From: a bacterium
GTDB taxonomy: Bacteria; UBA8248; JACPRG01; G963555815
Direction: 5' to 3'
Assembly (NCBI GenBank): GCA_965261595.1
Contig: CBDHDG010000002.1
Location: forward strand, 160,001 to 224,000
DNA length: 64,000 nucleotides
The notes below the pieces were generated by a model, which had not been told where the DNA came from, did not search any database, and saw only the letters and a list, made by a program, of their open reading frames with translations. Below, piece by piece: positions 21,064 through 31,622 of the stretch (positions are counted from its first letter, which is position 1; every line of letters begins with the position of its first letter). Both the position numbers and the translations under genes were made by a program.

Positions 21064-22707
21064 TCAGTCGTCGATGGCCAGGATTTTTAGAAACCCCGTC
21101 GGGCGATCGGGCAAGACCAGGTTCCTGCTCACGCCCCAAAGCTCGTCCGTGTGGAGGAGCCAGAGCCGGACCGCGTCCTTCGCCAGGATTTCCTGAAGCT
21201 CGTCGTAGATCCGCTTTCGCTTCTTGCGGTCGAATGTCCGCGCCCCTTGCTTGATCAGGGCGTTCACCTTGGGGTTTCGATACCCGGTCTTGGACCGCCG
21301 GGGGTCATACCCCTCCAAGGCCACGTCAGGCGAGATCATGAGGCTGTTCGGGTGAAGGTGGGAGAAGGCGTCGTATTTCCTCCTGAGATAAAACTTGAAG
21401 TATGCGGTGACGAACGTCAGGCGCTTGAGTTTCACGTCCATCCCCACCGCTTTGAGCATCGGGATGGCGGCCTGGGCGATGATGGCCGACGCCCGGCTGG
21501 ATGCCACTATCCAGGTGAAGCCGAGTCTTTTTCCGTCCTTGACGCGGATGCCGTCCGGGCCCGCTTTCCAGCCGGCCTCCTCCAGGAGCGCCTTGGCCTT
21601 CCCTGGGTTCCCGTCGAAGATGGACACGTTCTTATTGTAGGCCCAAGAGAGGGGGTGGAAGGGGCTGTTGGCGATGGTCCCCCAGCCTTTGAATATATGC
21701 TTCAGGATGGCCTTTCGGTCGATGGCGTAGCTGATGGCCCGCCGCACCCTCACGTCCTGGAAGATGGGGTTTTTCAGGTTCAGGTCCATGTACCAGTTGG
21801 ATTGGCCGGACATGCGGACGCCCCGGCAGCATGCGTCCCGGCTCACGTTTTTGAATTCATCCACGGGCACCGCGGCATAGAGTCCGTTGACGTTCAACGC
21901 CCCCGTCCGCAAGGCGGCCAACCGGCTGAACGAATCGGGTGTGGTCCGCCAGATGACGGTCTCGATCTTGGGCTTCTTTCCGAAGTAGTCCGGATTCCGC
22001 CGAAGGACCGTCCGGTCGCGGGACTTCCAGGATACGAAAGCGTACGGACCGGTCCCGATGGGCTTGTGCGTGAAGGCGTGCTTTCTCATGGCCTTCACGG
22101 GAACGTTGCCGAGAATGTGTTTGGGGACAATGGGATGGATCGTCGAGATCATGAGGAAGGGCGAATAAGGCTCTTTGAGCCGGATCCTGATCCGGTGCGG
22201 TCCCAGGACCTCGATCCCCTTTATCGAATCGGCTTTCCCCGCCCGATATTCGGCGGCGCCCAGAATGCTTTCGTAGTAGCGGGAATGGCCGAAGCCCGCG
22301 GGGTTGTCCTTCTGCATCAGAACTTCGAAGGTGAATTTGACGTCCTCGGCCGTGAAGGGTTTCCCGTCGTGCCATTTCACCCCCTTGTGGAGGTTGAACG
22401 TGTAGGTGAGCCGGTCCTTGCCGACCGTCCAGGATTCGGCCAGGTCCCCCTCCGGCGCCATCATTCCGGCGGGCTTGGTCAGGCCGTTGAAGACCATGTT
22501 CTGCCAGTACGTCACGCTGGAGAGGCGGAAGATGGCCGGGTTGGCGATCCGGAACAGGTCGCTCGCCGAGGCGATAACGACCGTCCCCTTGGTCTGGGCG
22601 GCGGAGACGCCAACGCCGGAGACGCCAACGCCGTAGACGCTCAGGATGGACAAAAGGATCAAACCGAATCGAATGAAGGGCCAAAGACCCCGGTAACCAC
22701 GCTTCAT
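21064..22707 (-). CDS. ABC transporter substrate-binding protein (family 5, peptide/nickel-like)
   Basis: LAESW, YTFNLHKGVKWHDGKPFTAEDVKFTF, PIGTGPY, VRRAISYAIDR. Confidence 0.92.
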   Translation of the reverse strand: MKRGYRGLWPFIRFGLILLSILSVYGVGVSGVGVSAAQTKGTVVIASASDLFRIANPAIFRLSSVTYWQNMVFNGLTKPAGMMAPEGDLAESWTVGKDRLTYTFNLHKGVKWHDGKPFTAEDVKFTFEVLMQKDNPAGFGHSRYYESILGAAEYRAGKADSIKGIEVLGPHRIRIRLKEPYSPFLMISTIHPIVPKHILGNVPVKAMRKHAFTHKPIGTGPYAFVSWKSRDRTVLRRNPDYFGKKPKIETVIWRTTPDSFSRLAALRTGALNVNGLYAAVPVDEFKNVSRDACCRGVRMSGQSNWYMDLNLKNPIFQDVRVRRAISYAIDRKAILKHIFKGWGTIANSPFHPLSWAYNKNVSIFDGNPGKAKALLEEAGWKAGPDGIRVKDGKRLGFTWIVASSRASAIIAQAAIPMLKAVGMDVKLKRLTFVTAYFKFYLRRKYDAFSHLHPNSLMISPDVALEGYDPRRSKTGYRNPKVNALIKQGARTFDRKKRKRIYDELQEILAKDAVRLWLLHTDELWGVSRNLVLPDRPTGFLKILAIDD

Positions 22708-22761
22708 TTCTCTTTTCCTCCCCTCTGATGAGCTCATTCATCCTTGCCACTACATACCAGT

Positions 22762-25552
22762 CTAAACGAAATTCTCCAGGAATACCTCTCCCTCGCCCAC
22801 CGGCCGTACCCTCTCGAAAAGCGCCCGGTCGGCGGGTCTTTTCAGGGACGGCTTGGTGGCGTCGATTCCCATGACCCCGGGGCTGTAAGCGTCGGTCACG
22901 CCCGCGCGGTCTTCGCGGCCCGCCTCGGGGGTTGAAGGGTCGAGCTTGTACCCCCGAGTTCCTTCCACGGTGATGATATCCCTGGCCGGATTGACCCGGA
23001 AGCTCATGGCCCATAACACGTCCTTGGGGTCATGGATGTCCACATCGTCGTCCACCACCATGACGACCTTGATTTGGCGATGCAAACCCATGGCCGCCAG
23101 CAGCACGGCCCTGGAATGCCCTTCGAACTCCGGGACCATCTGAACAATGGCCGTCAGCCCCGCCCAGTCCGGGATGTGTACATCGAGGATGCGGGTCCCG
23201 CCGTGAACCTCCTGAAGGTTCCGGTAGGTCCGGACCTCATTGAGGAAGGTGGAAAGGACCTGAAGGTCCGTGAAACGCGATGCGTTGAGGTGGCGGTAAA
23301 TGGCGTCCTTCCGCATCGTGATGGTCTTGACCTCGAAGACCGGGGATTGCCCGATCGGTCCCATGTACCCGGTGTATTCGCCGAAGGGCCCCTCCGTTTC
23401 CCGGACCTTCGGGGGGACGATCCCCTCGATGACGATCTCGGCCCCCGCGGGCACCCGCAGATCGACGGTCTCGCACCGGACGAAATCCACAGTCTCCTCC
23501 AGCAGGGAAGAGGCCAGCTCAAACTCCTCGAATCCGGGGTGCGCGGCGGTGAACGTGCTTGCGATCTCGTAAGCGGGATGGTGGCCGATGACCACGGCCA
23601 TCGGCATGGGCTCGCCCGCCTTCTCGTATTGGGTGTAGTGCGCCCATCCCGTCCGCCTGCCGACGGCGAATCGGGCCCGGTTTCTGCCGGTGACCTGGAT
23701 GCGGTAGAAGGCCTGGTTCTGAATTCCGGTGGAGGGGTCCTTGGTCACGCACATGCCGGCGCCGATGTATCGGCCGCCGTCGCCCTGGCTGTGAATGCCC
23801 ACCTCCCCCGCTCTAGGGTTTTGTTGGACACTCGATTGATCCATGATTCATGGAGAAAGGGGTGTCGCGATGAACGAACAAAAGCAAGAGGGGGCTTTGG
23901 CGGAGGGCGCCCGCAGGGCGAACGGAGCCAAGGCCCCAGGGCATCGCAGTGAGCGGGGTCGGTTCTCCTGCCAGCGCAAGCGGGAGGCGGTCCTGCGTCT
24001 TTTGCGGGGCGAGAGCCTGGAGACGCTCTGCCGCGAGTTGGGCACGACAGCGGCTCGGCTTTCCGCCTGGTGCGAGGCGTTCCTTCGCGGGGGCGAGGCG
24101 GCGCTCAAAGCCCGCCCGGCGGATGAGCGGGACGAGGAGAACGCCCGGCTCAAGGCCAAGGTGGGCGAACTCACGATGGAGGGCGAGGTCCTGCGGGAGA
24201 AGATCGACCGCCTGGAGGCCGGCCGCCCTTTAGCCGGCAGGAGGTGGAGGCGATGAGTCAGGCCCGCTTCACCTCCACGGGCAGAGCCTACGGCCTGAAG
24301 CGGGTGTGCGCCCTTTGGGGCTTGGCGCGCTCCACGGTCTACGCGCAACGGCGGCGAGAGGCGGTCCCCGTTCATGAACGCCCCACGCCCAATAAGCGCG
24401 GCCCTGTGGGCCCGTGCACCGATGCGGAACTCCTCGGCCACATCCGGCAGGTCCTGGAGGACTCTCCCTTCCATGGCGAGGGCTACCGCAATGTGTGGGC
24501 GAGGCTGCGCTTCGCGGGCATCCGCACCAGCAAGGAGCGGGTGCGTCGCCTGATGCGGGAGGCGGGGCTTCAGGCCCCCCACCGGGTGGGCAAACCCCGA
24601 GGTCCCAAGGCCCACAACGGGACCATCCGCACCGAGCGGCCCGACCGAATGTGGGGCACGCACATGACGACGACGGTGACCACCGAGGAGGGGGTGGCCT
24701 CGGTGTTCGTGGCGGTGGATCACTGCTCGGTGGACTGCGTGGGGATCCATGCGGCCAAGAGCGGCAACCGCTTCGAGGCCCTGGAGCCGATCCGGCAGGG
24801 GGTCGCCGAGCGCTTCGCCGGCTTGGAGGCGGACGTCGCCGAGGGGCTTAAAGTTCGTCACGACCACGGCCCCGCCTATCTGTCCGATGACTTTCAGCGG
24901 GAGATCGCCTACCTGGGCATGACCAGTTCGCCCAGCTTCGTGCGGGCGCCCGAGGGAAATGGCTACTGTGAGTGGTTTATCCGCATCTTGAAGGAGAATC
25001 TCCTGTGGGTGCGCTCTTTCGCCACCGTAGAGGAACTGCGGTGGGCGCTGCTTGAGTTCAAGAACCTGTACAACCATCATTGGATTCTCGAGGGCTACGG
25101 CTACCGAACGCCGGCCCAGGCAAGGCAGGAAAAACTCGCTCAAGTTGCGGAGGCCGCATGAGGTCGAATACCCTCACCCGAGTGTCCAATAACCCAGGGG
25201 CGGTCCACACCGGCAGAGCCTGGAGATCGATGTCTTCGCCCCGTATGCGGACCTCCTTCACCGGCCCGTCTTCGACGATGCGGCTTTCCCCGCGCCCCCG
25301 GGCGATCCGGGTCCCCGCGTCTTGGAGCAGCCTGTCGGACGTCGTGCGCAAGGCGGCGGCCTGGAGCTTCCGCGCGCCGAGGAGACGGTCGCAGACCCGC
25401 CAATCGGGATGGCCCTTGATATTCTCGAAGAGGATGGGTCCCCCGCTCTGGGAGCAGAGGGCGCCGAGCTCAGTCAGGGGATCGACCTCCTTATGGATCC
25501 GCAACACCTCGATGTCGATCTCATCGAGAAACGTCCTCAAATCGCTGCCCAT
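22762..25552 (-). pseudogene. UbiD family (de)carboxylase interrupted by IS type A
   Basis: Removing the IS and one CACC restores ...DLQALPVGIHSQGDGGRYIGAG...EGPFGEY...GIDAT in frame. Confidence 0.92.
23804..25207 (+). mobile_element. IS3-family element type A, copy 2
   Basis: 1404 bp, TSD CACC; orfA 23843-24256, orfB 24244-25161 with WGTD changed to WGTH. Confidence 0.95.
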
Positions 25553-25614
25553 CTTGCGCCCTCCCTCTGTCCGGGGGTCGAACGAATCGCGTCGCGCCTC
25601 GATTTGCTTTTTTC

Positions 25615-25641
25615 ATCTGTGAAATCTGTGAAATCTGTGGA
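25615..25641. repeat. 9-bp tandem repeat (ATCTGTGAA)x2 + ATCTGTGGA
   Basis: Directly visible in intergenic DNA. Confidence 0.8.
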
Positions 25642-25804
25642 TCAATGGTATTGCATTTCGTGGGTCCTTGAAATCCGGCTCTGTACAATTTGTGGATCAA
25701 TGACAGGATTAGAGGGGTCACCGGGTCCAAATTGCATTCCGATACCGCTCGTCTTATCCTGCTACAGGTTGGATTGTGAATCCATCGATAGGAGGAACGA
25801 AAAG

Positions 25805-26371
25805 GTGTCGCGACTGACCGTCCGAAGGGTCATCTCGACGGACCCCGAGACGCTCTGGAAGCGGGTGGAGGGCGGCTCGTTCGCCGGCCGTTGGATTGCG
25901 CCGGGGGGGGGGGAGGAGGAGGCCGGAGAGGGCGCGGGTTCGAGCCCGGGGGCGGAAGAGGCCGCATGGCGCGAATCGTTGCGCGTCGGCCCGTTTTCCT
26001 TCAAGGTCGCGGCGACCTGGGCCGAGCGGGTTCCTTGGGAACGGAGCTTCTGCCTCCTCGATGGGCCTTTGGGCATCCGGATTGCGGAGGAAATGAGGCT
26101 GGAGCGGCTCGCGGCCGGGACGGCGCTCTCCCTGACGGTGGATTTCGCTCTGGGGAGCGGAGGGATCGGGGAGTGGCTGGACCGCGTCTGGTTGTCGGGT
26201 TGGATTTCAAGACGCCTGGAACGCGGGATCGCGAAGCTCGAAGGGGAGTACAAACGACCCGGGGACGAGAAAGACCCGGACGTGGGCGTTCATCTGGAGC
26301 GCCCCGAGGACCGGCCCTGGGGACTGGACCAAGCGGGTCCGGCGCGGCCGAGGCCGCCCCGGCCCGAATGA
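25805..26371 (+). CDS. SRPBCC-like protein
   Basis: GTG start after AGGAGG; MSRLTVRRVISTDPETLW...GTALSLTVDFALG-GGIGEWLD. Confidence 0.6.
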   Translation: MSRLTVRRVISTDPETLWKRVEGGSFAGRWIAPGGGEEEAGEGAGSSPGAEEAAWRESLRVGPFSFKVAATWAERVPWERSFCLLDGPLGIRIAEEMRLERLAAGTALSLTVDFALGSGGIGEWLDRVWLSGWISRRLERGIAKLEGEYKRPGDEKDPDVGVHLERPEDRPWGLDQAGPARPRPPRPE

Positions 26372-26404
26372 TTCAACGATGAGATGGCGCAAGGGGTTGA
26401 ATGA

Positions 26405-27130
26405 GTGGAAGGCGGCATCGAGCACGATCGCATCCTCGTGATTGCGGCCCATCCGGACGACATCGACTTCACCGTCGCCGGGTCGGTCGCCTTGTGTGCG
26501 AGGGCCGGAAAAACCGTCGGTTATTGCGTCGCGACAAGCGGGGACAAGGGTTTTGACGAAGACCTTCCGGTGGAAGAGCGGATGAGGATCCGGGAGGAGG
26601 AGCAGCGGGCCGCGGCCGCGGTGGTCGGCGTCGAGGAAGTGCGCTTTCTCCGCGAGCCCGACGGCGAGTTGCGGAACACGCCCGGGCTGCGGCGGGCGAT
26701 CGTGGCCGTCATCCGGAAATTTAAACCCGACGCGGTGGTTGTCACCGGAGACCCCGGCTCGACGGAATTCGAAAGCTTCTACGGGTCCCATCCCGATCAT
26801 CGGGCCCTCTCCGAGGCGGCATACGATTCGGTCTATCCGGCGGTCGGGAACCGATTCTACTTCCCCGACTTGTTGGAGTTGGGCCTTGATCCACACAAAA
26901 TCAAAGAAGTCCTTTTCTCCGGCTCTTCCAAGCCCGATTATTTTGTGGACATCGGCGAAACCTTCGACCTCAAAATAAAGGCGCTTCGCTGCCACAAGAG
27001 CCAGGTTTCGGGGATGGACGACCTGGAAGATCGGATGCGGGATTGGGGCCGCAGGAGAGGGGAGCCCGAGGGCATGGCCATCGCCGAGTCCTTCCGGCGG
27101 ATGGAACATCCCGACGGCGGCGGGAAGTGA
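26405..27130 (+). CDS. PIG-L family deacetylase (MshB/BshB-like)
   Basis: AAHPDD, TSGDKG, IREEEQ, HPDH, CHKSQ, AESF. Confidence 0.9.
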   Translation: MEGGIEHDRILVIAAHPDDIDFTVAGSVALCARAGKTVGYCVATSGDKGFDEDLPVEERMRIREEEQRAAAAVVGVEEVRFLREPDGELRNTPGLRRAIVAVIRKFKPDAVVVTGDPGSTEFESFYGSHPDHRALSEAAYDSVYPAVGNRFYFPDLLELGLDPHKIKEVLFSGSSKPDYFVDIGETFDLKIKALRCHKSQVSGMDDLEDRMRDWGRRRGEPEGMAIAESFRRMEHPDGGGK

Positions 27131-27173
27131 TCGCGCTCCCCCCCTCCCCCTTGACCGTTCGGAGAAAGGCCCG

Positions 27174-27860
27174 ATGACCGAGGACGCCCTGGGCGCGACG
27201 CTCTTTCCGGACTATCCGAAGATTCCCGGCTGGTACGCCCGGGAGGTCGAAGGCCTCACCGACGCCCAACTCGATTTCACCGATGAACGGGTGGAGTGGA
27301 TGAAGTGGGGCGTTCGCCGGCAGTTGAGCCACGCGGCGTTCGTCCATTTCCACTGGCTGGTCAACCAGTGGGCCTCGCGGGTGTTCGGCCCGGACGATGA
27401 GATGCCGGACTTCGACGCCGAGGCCTGCGCGCGGCGGGACCGCCGGTTCGACGAAGAAACCCACCGGACCCCGGACCGCCTTCTGTTTCGGATGGAACAG
27501 GGGGTGAACCTGGTGAAGCTCATCCTGGGCCGGGAAACCATCCGGGAGATGCGTGGCAAGGAATTGGACCGGGTGGCGCCGCCGGGGGCGCGCTATCCCT
27601 CTGGCGATTCGGTCCTTGATTTCTGGCGGGTCGCCGAGCGGATCAACCCCGATATCCGGGTGGACCCGAAAAACGAGAACCGATACCTGATCAATCTTGT
27701 CGGAATGATGAGGCAGATGTATTTCGAGTGCCTGATTCACCTCTACACCATTCAGCGGTTGAAACGGGCGCAGGGACTGGAAGCCGTGGCCGAGATCCCG
27801 AGGGAGGGGTACATGCCTCTTTCGGCCTTTACCGGGGCGGCGGAAGACGCGGCGGGGTGA
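27174..27860 (+). CDS. DinB-like family protein
   Basis: VEGLTDAQLDF...W.VRRQLSH...H..TIQRLKRAQGL. Confidence 0.6.
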   Translation: MTEDALGATLFPDYPKIPGWYAREVEGLTDAQLDFTDERVEWMKWGVRRQLSHAAFVHFHWLVNQWASRVFGPDDEMPDFDAEACARRDRRFDEETHRTPDRLLFRMEQGVNLVKLILGRETIREMRGKELDRVAPPGARYPSGDSVLDFWRVAERINPDIRVDPKNENRYLINLVGMMRQMYFECLIHLYTIQRLKRAQGLEAVAEIPREGYMPLSAFTGAAEDAAG

Positions 27861-27882
27861 ATCAGCGGCGGGAGGTTGAGCG

Positions 27883-28435
27883 ATGAAAGTGAGACGACAT
27901 ATCGGGCGCTGGGCCGGCGTGCTGGGAATCCTTGCGGGGGTCTGGTCCTGCGCGCCTCCGCCTCCTCCTCCTCCTCCTCCTCCTCATTCGAAGCCGCCCT
28001 CCGAGATTGCCAATCTGCTCTCGCGCCTGCCGGACGCCCGGTATCGCGCCTCGTTGGTTTACGCGCGCGCGCGGCGCGTCGCATCCCCTGGCCGTCGTCC
28101 TCGATCCCCGGGGCGGAGAGAAGCTGTCCGTCCTTGAGTTGTCGGCGATGGAGTTCTTCACCGAAGACCTGGGCGAGCTCGGCCGGAAGGACCTGATCGC
28201 CCGGCTCGATGGAATCGAGGGCCGGCGGTTCGGAGGCCGGACGCTTCGATACCTGGAGCGTTTTTCCAAGTGGCGGCTGAGGACCCTCATGCGGTTCGGG
28301 GCGCCCATCGGATACCTCATCACCGTGGACCCCCGCCTGCGGTTCGAGCTCCGCGGCGGGACCTCGGGACGGGTCTTCTCGGTGTTTCTGCTTCCCGCCT
28401 CGAACTTCGTGGACAAGATCAGGGGGGAGGAGTAG
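27883..28435 (+). pseudogene. Proline-rich lipoprotein with a frameshift in a (CG)n tract
   Basis: Lipobox VWSC followed by poly-Pro ((CCT)n); reading continues in frame 27932-28435 after ACGCGCGCGCGCGG at about 28061-28074. Confidence 0.55.
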
Positions 28436-28505
28436 CCCCCAATCCGGATTTCCGGCGGGGGGCTCGGGCCGTGGGCGACCCTGATTGCGGCGGCGGGAGG
28501 TGACA

Positions 28506-29507
28506 ATGGAAATCGGCATCGGCGGGTTTCCCCAGGAGGCGTTCAGCTCGACGGGGGCGCTGCTCGAAGTTTGCGAGAGAGTCGAGGGTTACGGTTTCGA
28601 CCGGCTTTGGATGGCCGATTCCCAGGGGATCTGGCCCGACCCTTACACCCTGTTGGGCCGGCTCGCCGGAACGACCTCCGGCATTGGACTGGGCGTCGGC
28701 GTCAGCAACCCGAGGACGCGCCACCCGGCGGTTCTCGCGCGCTCGGCCGTGACGGTCGCCGACCTGGCCGGGGAGCGGTTTGTCCTCGGGATTGGCGCGG
28801 GGAACACCGCCTTGCTCCACCTGGGCCTTCCGCCGGGGGGCGTCGAGCTTTGCGGAGAAGTCGTCCGGTGCGCGCGCGCCTTGATTCGGGGCGAAGCCGG
28901 GACGTTCCACGGCGCGGCGGTCCCGGCGTTCAACGATTACCAGCCCCGCGACATCCCGGTCTGGATGGCGGGAAACGGCCCGAAGATGCTCGCCCTGGCC
29001 GGAGAGATCGCCGACGGGGCCATCGTCAGCTCGGGGATCTCGCCGGGGATCTTCGCCTGGGTCCGTGCTCAAATCGAGGTGGGCCTGAAGCGGAGCGGGC
29101 GAAGCTGGAGCGCCTTCACGCTCCTGGCCTTCGTCGGATGCGCGGTCTCGGACGACCGCCCCGGGACCCGGCGCGACATCCGGTCTTGGGTCGCCCGCCG
29201 CCTGTCCATGCCGCTGCCCGATGAGGTCTTCGGCATCCCCAAGGCCGACCGGCTGCGCGCGCTCGATAGCTACCAGTACACGGAGCATTACCGGGTGGGC
29301 GCCTCGCATGAAGGGGTGGTGGATTCCATCCCCGACGAGTGGATCGACCGGTTCGGCATCGCCGGAACGCCGGAAGAATGCGCCGAGCGGCTCTCTTCCC
29401 TCGCGGCCCTCGGCGCGGACGCCGTCTTTATCCTGCCCATCACGGGCGATTCGCACGCGTATCTGAAAACCTTCGCCGAGAAGATCCTGCCCAATGTGAA
29501 GCGGTGA
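28506..29507 (+). CDS. LLM-class flavin/F420-dependent oxidoreductase
   Basis: GFDRLWMADS, GVGVSNPRTRHP, RFVLGIGAG, GPKMLALAGEIADG, AGTPEEC. Confidence 0.9.
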   Translation: MEIGIGGFPQEAFSSTGALLEVCERVEGYGFDRLWMADSQGIWPDPYTLLGRLAGTTSGIGLGVGVSNPRTRHPAVLARSAVTVADLAGERFVLGIGAGNTALLHLGLPPGGVELCGEVVRCARALIRGEAGTFHGAAVPAFNDYQPRDIPVWMAGNGPKMLALAGEIADGAIVSSGISPGIFAWVRAQIEVGLKRSGRSWSAFTLLAFVGCAVSDDRPGTRRDIRSWVARRLSMPLPDEVFGIPKADRLRALDSYQYTEHYRVGASHEGVVDSIPDEWIDRFGIAGTPEECAERLSSLAALGADAVFILPITGDSHAYLKTFAEKILPNVKR

Positions 29508-29591
29508 GCCGAGATGAGGAGGGGGGGGCCGTCAGCCGATTCGCGGGTTTTTGAGGGGCCCATCCCGCCGGGAGAAAAAGGGGGAAAGCCG

Positions 29592-30200
29592 ATGTTCGAT
29601 GTGCTGAAGGGAATCCTGGTGCGGTACCGGGAAGCCAAGCGGGTGCACGCGGAGAAGGTCGCGCAGCTCATCGCGGAGCATTCCCGTGAAATCTTCTCCG
29701 ATCCGGACTCCCCCATTGCGGGCAACCCGGAAGGGGACGTTACGATCACCCATTTCCTGGATTATCGCTGACCCCACTGCAAGACCCTCGGTCCGAGGAT
29801 CGCGGAATTCGTGAAGGAGGATACGGGCGTTCGGTTCGTCTTGAAGGAGCTGCCCCTGCTGGGCGATTGGTCCCTGCTCGCCTGCCGGGCGGCGCTGGCC
29901 GCAAAGGCCCAGGGCGCGTATGACCGGATCAACCTGGAGCTCTTCCGCGTCAAGGGCGGGAACCGGGAGCGGAAAGTCATGGACCTGGCGGCGGGGCTCG
30001 GCCTGGATATGGAGCGTTTTCAAGCAGACCTGGAGAGCGCGGCGTCCGACGCCGTCATCGAGCGCAACAAGGTCCTCGCGAAGACCCTCGGGGCCTGGAA
30101 AACCCCTTCCATGGTGGTCGGCGATCGAATCAGGATCGGCGGCGCGAAAGTGAAACACCTCCGGGAAATCGTCGCGGGCTTGCGGGCCGGGCCGGTATGA
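29592..30200 (+). CDS. DsbA/thioredoxin-fold probable selenoprotein (UPHC; TGA at 29769-29771)
   Basis: GNPEGDVTITHFLDYR-TGA-PHCK...KELPLL...TPS; track ORFs 29514-29771 and 29811-30200 share a frame; TGA sits at the first Cys of the DYxCPxC motif. Confidence 0.88.
29777..29805 (+). promoter_or_regulatory. Candidate bacterial SECIS element
   Basis: CTGC-aa-GA-c-CCTCG-[GTC]-CGAGG-a-TC-GCGG hairpin; upper stem begins 14 nt after TGA, loop begins with G. Confidence 0.7.
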
Positions 30201-30296
30201 CCCTCCCGTTTTGTCGGTGATATCCTTCCGCGCGGTTTTGGGGGTTCATCGGATTCGGCGGCGGATTATTTCGGGGAGAGGGGGGGGGAAGGTCGG

Positions 30297-31184
30297 ATGA
30301 CGGAAAACGGCGGTGAAGGGGAGATGGGGCGCATTGGTGTGATCGGCGGGAGCGGGCTTTACGAGATGCCCGACCTGACCGACGTCGAAGAGGTCGCGCT
30401 GGAGACCCCCTTCGGGGCTCCCTCGGATTCGTTCATTCTGGGCCGCCTCGGCGGCCGTCCGATGGCGTTCCTGTCCCGCCACGGCCGGGGCCACGTTTTC
30501 TCTCCCACCGAAGTCAATTATCGCGCGAACATCTTCGCAATGAAGCTGCTGGGGGTCGGGCGCATCCTCTCCATCAGCGCCGTGGGAAGCCTGAAGGACG
30601 AAATTCACCCCACTGAGATGGTCTTTCCGGACCAGTTCATCGACCGGACCTCCAAGCGGGAATCGACCTTCTTCGGCGGCGGCGTCGTGGGACACGTCGG
30701 GATGGCCCACCCCGTCTGCGGGGAGATTCACCGGACCTACGTTCAGGCCGCCGAAAAGCGGGGCGTCCGCCATCACGCCGGCGGCACGTACGTCTGTATG
30801 GAGGGTCCGCAGTTCTCGACGCGGGGCGAATCCTTCCTCTACCGTTCTTGGGGGGCGAGCGTCATCGGCATGACCAACGCGACGGAGGCGAAGCTCGCCC
30901 GGGAGGCCGAGATCTGCTACGGGACGATCGCGATGGTGACGGACTACGATTGCTGGCGCGAAGACGAGGAGCAACACGTCTCGACCGATGCCGTCATCGC
31001 CGTTCTGAAGCAGAACGTCGAGGAGGGCCGGGGGATCATCCGGGAGGCCGCGGCGACCCTCCCCGAGGAAAGGCAATGTGACTGCCCCAACGCCTTGGCG
31101 GGAGGGATTCTCACCGCCCCCGGCCGCATTCCGCCCGAGGCCCTGGAGCGCCTGAGGCCCATCATCGGGAAGTACGTCCGGTGA
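30297..31184 (+). CDS. mtnP: S-methyl-5'-thioadenosine phosphorylase
   Basis: IGVIGGSGLY, RHGRGH, NYRANI, EGPQFSTRGES, IGMT..TEAKLAREAEICY, TDYDCW. Confidence 0.92.
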   Translation: MTENGGEGEMGRIGVIGGSGLYEMPDLTDVEEVALETPFGAPSDSFILGRLGGRPMAFLSRHGRGHVFSPTEVNYRANIFAMKLLGVGRILSISAVGSLKDEIHPTEMVFPDQFIDRTSKRESTFFGGGVVGHVGMAHPVCGEIHRTYVQAAEKRGVRHHAGGTYVCMEGPQFSTRGESFLYRSWGASVIGMTNATEAKLAREAEICYGTIAMVTDYDCWREDEEQHVSTDAVIAVLKQNVEEGRGIIREAAATLPEERQCDCPNALAGGILTAPGRIPPEALERLRPIIGKYVR

Positions 31185-31622
31185 AAAGGTTGATGACGAC
31201 ACGTTCACCGGTTCTTGAAATTGAAGGTGTACGTGCTTCGGTGTCGAGGTGAAAGCCGGAACCGCCCGCTTGTTCACACGGCCTGGAAACGCCCCGTGGG
31301 CTCACTGAAAAGGTCGTACGGGAATCGGGGAGCGGGGAGGAGGGGGCTTCGCCGGTTCATCTTTCGGAAAATCATTTGCCGACATTCCAATAAGAGGTAT
31401 TTGCAGTAAAATACTTTACGGTTTTCCGACTTGGGTCTGTTTCCGATGAGGACCGTGCATCGACAGGGTGACGGTTCGCAGACAGAGGCCGCGCCTTGCA
31501 CGCCTCGGCCGAGTGGCGCCCTTTCCGGCGGCGCCTGAATCCAAAGAGCAACGGGTTGTTCAGGAATTCGGGGTGGGTGACCGGATGTCCTGCTTTTCCA
31601 TAAGGATTTTCTGAGTTCAATC

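Noticed and set aside
21049..21066. TGA followed by four in-frame codons (IDD-TGA-SWKK-TAA) at the end of the ABC binding protein, as a possible Sec
   Set aside because: No Cys motif; family-5 binding proteins commonly have Trp near the C-terminus, so a TGG-to-TGA change or a true stop is more likely.
31190..31620. Possible Moco/Wco riboswitch upstream of the tupBC-like genes
   Set aside because: The context fits, but I could not match the consensus structure by eye; an Rfam/Infernal search is needed.
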